A DNA stretch of 64,000 bases, taken from contig NC_086097.1 of assembly GCF_963921235.1 (NCBI RefSeq), forward strand, positions 200,510,001 through 200,574,000, given 5' to 3'. Below the pieces are notes generated by a model. The model was not told where the DNA came from, did no database searches, and saw nothing but the letters and a program-made list of their open reading frames with translations. Positions within the stretch are counted from its first letter, which is position 1; the number at the start of each line of letters is the position of its first letter. Below, piece by piece: positions 1 to 10,362 of the stretch. The position numbers and the translations under genes are program-made. The DNA comes from Mobula hypostoma (Eukaryota).

Positions 1-790
1 CAGGGTCCGAACAAAGCCGAGACACTGCTATGCTTTCCTCCTTCATAATGACACTTAACTACTGGACTCAGGACGGTCCTCTGAAATGATAACCTTGAGG
101 AATTTAAAGCTGCTGATGCTCTCCACTTCTGATCCCTCAATAAGGACTGGCTAATGGACCTCCTGAAGTCAATAATTATTGTGGCACCACTCAGCCAGAT
201 TTTCAATCTTCCACCTATATGCTGATTCATCACCTCCTTTGCTCCAGCCAAAAACAGTGGTATCATCAGCAAACCTAAATATGGCATTGGAGCTGTGCTT
301 AGCCTCACAGTCTTAAGTATAAAGTGAGTAGAGCAGGGGGCTAAACACACAGCCCTGTAGTGCACCGGGCTAAACACACAGCCCTGTAGTGCACCTGTGC
401 TGAGGGAATTGTGGAGGCACCACTCCTTAAAGATGTCAGATTCCTCTCCACAGTACATCTACAGAAGTTTGAGTGCTTTAGGTGAAAAAACAAATCTCTT
501 CAAACTCCTAGTGAAATATAGCTGCTGCCTTGCCTTCTTTAAAGCTGCATTGATATGTTGGGACCAGGTTATATCCTCAGAGATCTGGAAACCCAGGAAC
601 TTGAAATTGCTCACTCTCTCCACTTCTGATCCCTCCATGAGGATTAGTATGTGTTCTTTCATCTCACCCTTCCTAAAGTCCACAATCAGCTCTTTGGTCT
701 TACTGACATTGAGTGCAAGGTTATTGCTGTGACACCACTCAGCTAGCTGGTATATCTCACTCCTGTATGCCCTCTATCTCCATCTGTGAT
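1..790 (-). mobile_element. Rex1/Babar LINE fragments
   Basis: ORF 459..683 (DFRK...VERVSNFKFLG..ISED.TWS.H....KKARQ.LYF) is typical of the Rex1 RT C-terminal region. Two overlapping decayed pieces. Confidence 0.75.
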
Positions 791-1157
791 TGAGATTGAG
801 GAATGAGTGAAGAGCCAATGAAATGGCATCTGCTGTTGACCTGTTGTTAAGGTAGGCAAATGGAGTGAATCCAAGTTGCTTCTCAGGCTGAAGTTGATGT
901 TTCATCACCTACTTTTCAGCAGAAAACTGTATCCACTGAGGTACTTTATAGAGTATTTTCCATCATCCTAATTTACTGAGGTATTTGAGGATGATTTATT
1001 TCCATTTCTGTTCTGACTATGTGTAACCACAACACTAGCTACCACAAAGACCTTGATAGATCAAGGTCGTGCTCTAATGGCAAGGGAATAAAAATAGCTG
1101 GAGACAACATTGGCTGAATATACTCAACAGAGACACAAGTAGGCAGACACACAAAAG

Positions 1158-1159
<2 letters not shown>

Positions 1160-1198
<39 letters not shown>

Positions 1199-1203
1199 GC
1201 GTA
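1160..1203. repeat. (TG)n microsatellite
   Basis: Read directly from the sequence. Confidence 0.95.
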
Positions 1204-1271
1204 TGCGCATGTGGAAAATGTGCTTATGTAGTATATGCACACAAGCATCCATTTGCATGCATACACATATA

Positions 1272-1425
1272 CAGGTCGACCTTCACTAAACCAGCACCAT
1301 TGGGACCTGAGGAGTGCCAGATTAGTGAAAATGCCGAATTACAGAAGGATCACATTGAGTATAATCAGTGCCGGATCATCGAAGGAACCGGATTACAGGT
1401 AGTCGGATTAGTGAAGGTTGACCTG
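1272..1425. mobile_element. Tc1/mariner-type MITE
   Basis: TIRs CAGGTCGACCTTCACTAA / TTAGTGAAGGTTGACCTG flanked by TA on both sides. Confidence 0.8.
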
Positions 1426-2932
1426 TACATACATGTTTATCCACTTTTTCATGTCAAGACAAAATTCCTCACTGCTCCCATTTTACTCCCTTCCCTCCCT
1501 CATTACCTCCTTCCCAACAGCCTTCCTTAGAATATTGTAATTTCACTCTCCTCCCTTCTCTCAAATATTTCCATTTACATCTCTTCACTTTATCTTATAC
1601 TCATTGTCTCCATCACACCTTCATTTTTATTCACCACTTACTCCCCCCAAGTTTTCTCAAAGTTCCTTCACTCTCCGTTTCATTCTCTCCATTCCATCTC
1701 AGCATCCTACCCTTCACTCATTCCCTTCAATCTCACATCCTTCCTGTGCTGATTTGACTTGTGTCTCTGTGAACACCTAGGCTTTACTTGGTTGCTCTGG
1801 GTTCCTCCATATCTAAAAATCGTGAACTGTTCCTTCATGTTTGCAAATTGCTTTTTGGAGATATGACCTTGACCATCTCTAGACCTATAATATGGTTTGG
1901 ACTGCAATTGCTTGACATGGATGACAGCAAGATTAGCCAGCTTGTTGATAAGCAACATCAAGGACACGGATGCAAACGCAGATGGGACCATGAATACTGC
2001 CATTCTGACACTTGTGCTTAATGAAGTTCTCACCATTCATCTCCAACTACATCTTAACAATGCGGATAATCTGTTTCAGAGAATAATCTATTCGACCAGC
2101 ACAAACTCCGCAAGCCACTTTGAACACTGCATACTCAGCCACAACACCTGAAGGCTAAGCTTGGATGGGAATAGAGATTTGACTGAATCATTAGAAATAA
2201 GGTGTTTTCTGGTTGTGATGCATTGAAGCTGAAAATTCATTTACATACTGACTGGATTTACACACATGCTAATGGCATCATCCATCACTTCTATAGTATG
2301 GAGCTGGGACACCTAACCTTTCTCATGCCATGGACCAATACCATTTAGCAAGGGGTCCATCATCCCAAGGTTGGGAAACCCTAGACAATAGGAACTATAA
2401 AAAGCCTCTTGCAGATTTAATACAAGACTTTTGTACATTGTTTACATCACATACCACTTTCTGGCATTTCTACCAATGCTCCAACTGTTTGTTTGTGTTC
2501 ATCTGTCAGCCTTCTCCTGCAAATTGGAGAAAGCTACAGAGTATGCGTTGAAGGTTAACTAGCAAAACAAAAGAAAGAAACTCATGCTTACACCATCTGA
2601 AATCATTATATCAACAGGGAATATGGGTTTGTTTGTGGGATAGTAATAGAGTGGAAGTACGGAGTATTAGGTATTGAGAAATCAGTCACTTTCTGCTGCT
2701 GGCCATGGTCTTATCATACCTGTGCCTACTAAGACAACAATTCATTCTTCATGGGCGTGTGTAATGGGCTAGGTTGATCAGACCTAAACTATTTGATCGT
2801 CCAGGTGATGCGGTAATAGGCATAAAAGCACAGCAAAGTAACTTAAGCCTAATTTATTATCATTACAAAAAACACAAACCACATGAAATACTTTGTAGCC
2901 AGTCACATAGATTTCAGGGCACAGGATTCTTA

Positions 2933-4465
2933 GGCTACATTCACACTAGACCGGATAATTTTGAAAATGCCGGTTTGGCGTAAAAACGATAGGCGTCCAC
3001 ACCAGGTGTTTTTGGAAATACCTCCGTCCACATTAAAATGGGTATTTGTGGGGAGGAGAAGATGGCGGCGCAATGCAGCGCGAGCGGCCGCTCCAAAATG
3101 ATATTGTATTTGTTAAGTAGATACCATGCACAATCCTGATTTGTTGGAGACGGACGTGAGAGCACGGAGGAACATCTGGAGAAACTTCTGAGATGCCTGC
3201 TTCGCTGCCATTGCTACTGTGCGATTGAGATCCTTTGGAGGGGAAGGCCCCAAATCCTCGGCTTTGCCTATTGCCGGGGCCGGGGTCAAAGTGCTTGACA
3301 GAGATGGTGCTCGGTGTCGAAGGGCTGGTCAGAGGCTCGAAGTTTTCGGACGGACTCAAGAGTCGGCTGTGGTCAGGTGCTTCCAGGGTGCTGCACTGGA
3401 GGTTCATGGCAGGAAGAGTGTTTCTCTTCCTTTACCGTCTGCGTGAGATGATGGGACTTTCGAGAGACTTTGAGACTTTTTTTTACCGTGCCCATGGTCT
3501 GTTCTTTTATCAAATTATGGTATTGCTTTGAACTGTTGTAACTATATGTTATAATTAGGTGGTTTTTGTTGGGTTTTTTTAGTCTTAGTTTGTCTTGTGT
3601 TTCTGTGATATCATTCTGGAGAAACATTGTATCATTTCTTAATGCATGCATTACTAAATGACAATAAAAGAGGACTGCATGTCCTCATAATCTAATCTAA
3701 TTTGGACGTATCTCCTCCTACTGGGCATGCACAGGACACACAGAAAACAAGCGAAGAGGAAACGGTATACTTGGTGCGCGTTCGTCCAGTTACAGACTAG
3801 AAAAACTTAAAAAGAAATTGCCAAACGAAAGACTTGGTGCTTGTTTGTCCAGAAACATTTCCTACACCCATAGTCTCTTCGTCGATGAAAGGGACAACAG
3901 CTACAGCTAAATGCAATAAGGCTTGTTACTGCGCAAAAGTGAAGTTTGCTGTTACCTCATTTGTTGCCTTTACTTTTGCCATATCTTTGTGTATTATTTT
4001 GCTGTATTTAACATGTGCAATGAGATGAGTTACTGGGCAAAAGTGACAATTGCATCTATTGAATGTTTGCATAAGCATTACATTAATAAAGCACCTGGTT
4101 AAATGTATAGAACTTCGGCATCAGTGTTATCTTGTATTTCCATACAAGGTTACATTAGGATGTTACACATCTATTGTCAGATATTGTTGTTGTGGTGTTG
4201 GAGGCTGCGTTCAAGAAAACAATGAAATGCCATGCTGTCGCCACCATTTGTTCCAGCACCTCATGACAGCGGTTTTAAAAATAGCTGGTTACCCCATACA
4301 CACTACAACGGCCAACCGGCGTTTTCAGATTTAAACACTGTGGAGAGTGTTTTAGTAAAGCTCCATTTCTGGGGGAGGAAAACGCCATTTCAGCGCAGAC
4401 GGAGGGTCAAAACAAAGAGAAAAAGCTTTGGTTACAGATTTATCCGGTCTAGTGTGGACGTAGCC
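2933..4465. mobile_element. Non-autonomous PIF/Harbinger DNA transposon with a nested insertion
   Basis: 26-bp imperfect TIRs GGCTACATTCACACTAGACCGGATAA / TTATCCGGTCTAGTGTGGACGTAGCC and TTA TSD (2930-2932, 4466-4468). Confidence 0.85.
3049..3699 (+). mobile_element. Non-autonomous retroposon of about 650 bp nested in the Harbinger element
   Basis: GC-rich head (GAAGATGGCGGCG), 3' AATAAA, GAGGAC-N5-GTCCTC stem-loop, (TAATC)n tail, and ATTTG direct repeat at both borders. Confidence 0.6.
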
Positions 4466-5733
4466 TTAGTCAGCACTTGATTGTCACTGTTGTTGGAGGA
4501 ATTCCGAATTCCAACTGACTCATGAAACCACCCTGGGTCCTAGACACTGATCACGATTTCAGGCCCTCAGATGAAGTCTGGTGAAACCAGCAAAAGGCAG
4601 CTCAATATATTTACAAGGCAGAAAAATCCAGAAACACACAAACTTTGTTCTTTTGTTCTCATGCCGTTAACTCAGCCTAGTTTCTTTCATTGAAACAACA
4701 CATGTTCATTAGCACAGTGTTCAGTGTAAACCAGTTAGATGATTTAATGATCACTCTTCATCAATTAGACCACTGATGTTTTGGACACAATATTCCCTGG
4801 ACTTACAAAAGAAAATTAATATTACCTATAAGCAATAAGCCCAAATCCAAAAAAGAATCCATCAAGCCAACCTGACATTTGCATTTTAAAGGTGCCTGAG
4901 ACAAAATAAGAATCCAGCTGCTATCAGCAAACATTCTACAATCATTAACAGTGTTTACCTTGTACAAACACTTCGAAAGTTTACTCACTAACATACAGAC
5001 CCCACGTGCTAAGTGTTCAGAAAGAATCCAATTGTCATTTTGAACTGTTCAGAATTCATCCAAAGCTTTACAAAATTTAATGCGATACATTTCACCCCTT
5101 GAATGTCCGCAGGTGAAAGACTTAAAACTCTTCCTTCTGCTTAAAACAAAGAATACATATTAATATCCCTTGCATGATTAAAACTAATATTGTTACAATT
5201 ATTAAAATGAAAAATCATCAACTTCAATATTCACATGATCATATCATGCAAATGTTTTGCCACATTGCTTCAAGAGAAGGATAGTGTATTGGTATTCTAT
5301 AATGTATTTGAATGATGTGTCCATTGTTGCTGAATAGCTGGAGGCTTGTACTAGATCTGTTTTTTGATTTCATTGTAGAAATCAGTTTGCCTCTAACACA
5401 AGAACCAATCACATTGTTCAGTTTGATTTGAGCAATAGGCAATGAAACTGTATTCTTCTGAGAAAGTGAAGATCAGGTACCTCATATTTCTTTAATGTTT
5501 CAAATAATCTGTTGAATCCATAAACTGGAAAAGATTAATTTAATATATTCCTGAGAAACCACTTGTTTGAGCACATAAAATATACCATGCTGGCAGACGA
5601 TCACTTACTACATAAAAATTTATTCCATTACTGTTGGCTTATTTATATGTTTTCAGCAGCTTGCTTTGGTTTTAGAACAAACTAACTTCCAGTTAAATAA
5701 AAATCTAACTTTTCTAAACCTATTCCTCTGCAC

Positions 5734-5750
5734 TGCCAGTAGGTGGCAAT
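5734..5750 (+). promoter_or_regulatory. Candidate CTCF site
   Basis: TGCCAGTAGGTGGCAAT contains CCAGTAGGTGGCA, matching the core CCASYAGRKGGCR. Confidence 0.45.
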
Positions 5751-5855
5751 CAATAAGATACATGAGTAAAAAATAAATGACATAATTTTGGTTTCTTCAT
5801 TTAAAGCTTAGGTAGGTCTGATTTATAAAAAGTTTTAAAAACTTAACAGCAATAG

Positions 5856-5937
5856 GATGCTGCCTGGCCTGCTGCGTTCACCAGCAACTTTGATGTGTGT
5901 TGCTTGAATTTCCAGCATCTGCAGAATTCCTGTTGTT
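5856..5937 (+). mobile_element. Short PLE 3'-terminal insertion
   Basis: Near-identical to the terminal segment at 10013-10100 in reverse complement. AGCAATAG TSD (5848-5855, 5938-5945). Confidence 0.8.
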
Positions 5938-6049
5938 AGCAATAGTGATTTATCAGGTTCCTTAAAATCATGCTCAGAGTCTGTCATTTTAACTAACAAG
6001 CATAGCTATAACAAGTTGGTTCTTTGTGATTGATGTCTGGTGACCTCAG

Positions 6050-6103
6050 TAACCACAATAAGCAACACAAAACCCAAGAATTCTAGTATTGTTACATTTT
6101 ATT
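6050..6103 (-). terminator. Probable LRRC6 polyadenylation signal with downstream GU-rich element
   Basis: AATAAA on the minus strand at 6098-6103, about 120 nt after the stop, followed about 20 nt later by ttcttgggttttgtgttgcttattgtggtt. Confidence 0.7.
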
Positions 6104-6225
6104 TTGAACACTACTTAAATTAAAATTAGTGAAACTACCCAATTAAATTTACAAATTCATATCCAGGGCAAAAAATTTCATTTCATCAGATGTCTAGATG
6201 AATGCGTGCTGATTCATATCGATTT

Positions 6226-6406
6226 TTAATTGACCAATGGTGGAACCTCAGGATTATCTTGGAAGTCACCGTTGTTCCTTTCTGGTACTCTACTTTGATG
6301 AAATCGGAGAGGACCTTGAGCAACTGATTTCTTTGCCGTCACAATATTGGTCAAGTCAACACGCTTGCTTGGATCCACTTCTAACTTCTCAATATATTGT
6401 GTTGTT
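6226..6406 (-). CDS. LRRC6: LRRC6 exon 12, coding part (TTQYIEKLEVDPSK...FQDNPEVPPLVN*)
   Basis: cccacag| acceptor, EKLEVDPSK and C-terminal DNPEVPPL motifs, TAA at 6226-6228. Confidence 0.96.
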
Positions 6407-7295
6407 CTGTGGGACAACATGACAAGATAATCAATCAAATTAGTGTACTGCTGAAATCTTTCTATCCATGAAGATTATACCTTTGATGGTGGATTCTACC
6501 AAGCTCTATCATTAGTATGGTTTTTATAGAGTATATTATAGCTTCAAACTGATTTAATATTCACTTCAAAAATTTTACACATGAAAGCATAACAGATTTA
6601 GGAAAACTTCCAAGGTCATCGAGGATAGGCTGCAGCTTGAGCAAATGTTGTTTGCTCCATATGTTCCAGTTCAACTTACATTATATTAATTGTACATTAT
6701 CTGCATAACAAAAGCAAAGATATTACTTAGAGTCAAGATCTGAACTATGGAAGGATTAGAAACCGTTTGGCACTGATTCCTCCCCAGATTTTTCTGAACA
6801 TCGTTTTTTAAGCATTGGATAGGGGAAGAAGTCACCAGACCTCTTGAAAACAATGTCCTAATGTCCATCCAGATCTACATTCTTTCTGAATTTTCTATAA
6901 TTTCCAGAAAATAACCCACAAACTTGTTTAATGCAAGGTGCTAAGGTGTCAGTTATGAACTGTGTTTATCACTTTGCTTTTTTAAAAAGTTTTTCCAGCC
7001 TGGAAAACAGCCTATCAATTGAGCTGCTGAGTCTGCACGGCAACCACTCACATAACCTACATCTCTCTACCCAATATCCCAGCATATCAATTTACAATCT
7101 GGTTTTATCTAGTTTATGAACCTGAAAATAACACCAAAGAATTCCCTCACTTTACATACAAATACATTGTGACACAGAACAACAAGGAAAAATAAAAAAA
7201 CTGGACTGTCCTGACTAATTCATTAGTCACATCTATACTGCTATCAATAGCGTAATCGAGGGTACAGATAAATTCCGTGAAAGAAATAAAAAAAC

Positions 7296-7578
7296 AAAAA
7301 ACTGTTTTGTATTCTCTGTAAATTCTACAGATTGTTGTGTGTGAAAATCCCAGGAGATCAGCAGGTTCTGAGATACTTAAACCATCCCATCCATGGTCAA
7401 AGTCACTTAGATCACAATTCTTCCCCATTCTTCTGTTTGGCCTGAACAACAACTGAACCTCTTGACTATGTCTGCGTGTTTTTATACACTGAGTTGCTGT
7501 CATGTGACTAGGAGATTAGATATTTACATTAACGAGTAGACGTACAGGTGTAGCTAATAAAGTGGCCACTGAATGTAG
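7296..7578. mobile_element. Tc1-like non-autonomous transposon end
   Basis: Ends in AATAAAGTGGCCACTGAATG followed by TA. A related copy lies at about 37370-37478. Confidence 0.55.
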
Positions 7579-8550
7579 ATTTAAGGCAATTACGCAAAAG
7601 ATTTAAAAGGAAAGGGATTTAGAATGTATGTCTAGTGCACATTCTGGAGCAGAGGGTGGCGGTAATGCACCATTAAGCTGGATGCCAACCGCCGTAAAAC
7701 AAGATACAGAGAGAGATTTAAAAGGAATTGGAGTGAGAATACTTCACACAAATGGTGGTGGGTATAAGGAACAAGTTGCCAGAGGAAGCTGTAGAGATGG
7801 GTACAATTACAACATTTAAAAGACGTTTAGACAGGTACACAAATAGAAAGTGTAGTGGGCCAAACATAGGGACTAGTTCAGATAGACCACTTGGACACTC
7901 TGGATGAGTTGAACTAAAGGGCCCTGTTTCAATGCTGTATAACTCCAGGACTCTATACTTTTTAAATAATCTTTATTTAAAATCAATCTATACTAATCAC
8001 TATACTAATAATTTTCTGATAGATATCTAACTTCTTGGTTCTGTCATTACTTTAGTGATTCATTTTAAAAGTATTTTCTCTTCAAGACCTTTACATTGGA
8101 TTTATAATGAGGGCAGAAGAAAGGCTTCATTTAAGAAACAGGCCATTCTAGCTCTCAACCCCTTTTTTTTGCTGCTTAATTATGTGTACACCAACAGTTT
8201 TTAACCACTTTGGCTCCATATCCCCAAACCCATAATCTTCCTTCACCACATTTATCTCAATAAAATCTGTTCATCTTATTTTGCAGTTCTATTGACCCAG
8301 AAGAAAATGAAATAAGAAATATGAACAGGAGTAGACCATCTGTTTCATGACATTTTGTAGTGTCCCAGGTTTCCTCTACTCTATTAGTAAAATGGCTTTC
8401 CAATACCCAAAAAAATCACAAAATAGCACTTCCCTTAATTTCAAATAAAGTCTGTGTTTTAGATGTACACGAGGAAGTCTGCAGATGCTGGAAATCCAAA
8501 GCAACACACTCAACATGTTGAGGGGACTCAGCAACAGCAGGTCAGACCAT

Positions 8551-8584
8551 CGATGTTTCGGGCCAAGACCCTTCTTCAGGACTG
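8551..8584 (-). ncRNA. Degenerate hammerhead motif in the PLE 3' terminal repeat
   Basis: AGTC-CTGAAGA-AGGGTCTTGGCCC-GAAA-CATC, with the 3' helix I strand disrupted. Confidence 0.45.
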
Positions 8585-10112
8585 AGAAGGGAAAAAAATG
8601 CCAGAATCGAAAGCTGGGAGGAGGCAGAAGAGGCTAACTGGAAGGTAATAGATGAAGCTAAGTGGGTGGGAAAGGTGAAGGGATGGAGAAAGAAGATTCT
8701 GATACAAGAGGAAAGTGCACCATAGGCAAGAGGAGGAAGGGACGGGGGAGAGTAATAGACAGGCGAGAAGTCGTCTGAATGGGGACTAGAAGAAGTGGGG
8801 GAGGGGATATTTTGTTACCAGAAGGATGAACTGATATTCATGCCATCAGTTTGGAGGGTACCCATACAGAATATAAGGTGTTGCTTCTCCACCCTAAGGG
8901 TGGCCTCATTTTGGCAGAACAGACCATGGACCAACACTTCGGAACAGGAATGCAGATCAAAATTAAGATGCTTGGCCATTGATAAGTCCCACTTATGGCA
9001 GATGGTGTGGAGGTGCTCAATGACGCAGTCCCTCAATTTACAAAGGGTCTCACCAGTAAAGAGGCCACATTGGGAACACCGGACACAATAGATGACCTCA
9101 GCATATTCGTAGATGAAGTGTTGCCTCAACTGGAAGGATTGTTGGGACCCTGATTGGAGATGAAGGAGGAGGTGTATGGGCAGATGAGGCACTTAGGCCA
9201 CTTGCAGGGATAAGTACCTGGAGAGAGATTAGGAGGGAGTAACAAATGGACAAGGGAATTGTGGGGGTAGTGATCTGGTGGAAAGCAGGGGCAGTGGGGG
9301 GGCGGGGCGAGGTAAAGGTTTGTTTAGTGGTAGGATCCTTTTGGAGATGGCGGAGGATAACGTGTTAGATGTAGAGGATGATGGGGTGATAGGTAGGGAC
9401 CAGAGGCACTATCACTATTAAGGTGGCAGGAAGATAGGGTGAATGTGGGTGTACGGTAAATGGAAGAAATGCGGGCAAAGGCAGCATCAATAGCAGAGGG
9501 AGAGAAATCCTCTACTATTGATGGAAACAGATGCAGTCATCAATGGAGTGGAGGAAGAGTTGAGGATAATAACTGGGGAAGGCTTCAACATGGACACTTC
9601 TACATAGTCAACGAACAGGCAGGCATAGCTGGGGCCCATGCGATTGCTGATGGCTTCCCCTCAAGTCTGAAGAAAGTGGGAGGAGCAGAAGCAAAAGTTG
9701 TTCAGGGTGAGGATCAGTTCTGCCAGATGGAGGAGAGTGGTGGAGGGGGAGTGGTTGGTACTTTCATCAAGAAGGAAGTGGAGAGCTCTGAAGCCTTCTT
9801 GATGGGGGATAGAAGTATAAGGGACTGGACATCCATGATGAAGATGAGGCAGTCAGGGCCAGGGTAATGAAACTTACTGAGGAGACTGAGGGCATGAGAA
9901 GTGCCGCAGATGTAGGTGGAAAAGGACTGGAATTGAGATACGAGGACACGAGTTCAGTGGAGCAGAAGCAGGTAGAGTCAACAAGCTGACCAAGACAGTC
10001 TGGTTTGAGGATGCAAACAACAGGAATTCTGCAGATGCTGGAAATTCAAGCAACACACATCAAAGTTGCTGGTGAACGCAGCAGGCCAGGCAGCATCTCT
10101 AGGAAGAGGTAC

Positions 10113-10148
10113 AGTCGATGTTTCAGGCCGAGACCCTTCGTCAGGACT
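10113..10148 (-). ncRNA. Minimal hammerhead motif, variant (GAAACATC)
   Basis: Same as the 10327-10362 motif but with G>A in the helix III palindrome. Confidence 0.55.
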
Positions 10149-10326
10149 AACTGAAGGAAGAGTTAGTAAGAGATTTGAAATTGGGAGGGGGAGGGGGAGA
10201 TCCAAAATGATAGGAGGGGGAGGGATGGAGCCAAGAGCTGGACAGGTGATTGACAGGCGGGGGAGGGATGGAGCCAAGACAGGAGGGGGAGGGATGGAGC
10301 CTCTCTTACTAACTCTTCCTTCAGTT

Positions 10327-10362
10327 AGTCCTGACGAAGGGTCTCGGCCTGAAACGTCGACT
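10327..10362 (+). ncRNA. Minimal type I hammerhead ribozyme motif
   Basis: AGTC-CTGACGA-AGG(GTCTCGG)CCT-GAAA-CG-TC-GACT: helix I AGTC/GACT, CUGANGA and GAAA cores, helix II, ACGU palindrome for helix III, GUC cleavage triplet. Confidence 0.75.

Noticed and set aside
338..395. 29-bp direct repeat (two copies), superficially CRISPR-like
   Set aside because: It is an adjacent tandem duplication with no spacer inside a Rex1 fragment in a eukaryotic genome.
1039..1530. ORFs with CV/HT repeats
   Set aside because: They are translations of a (TG)n microsatellite and a MITE.
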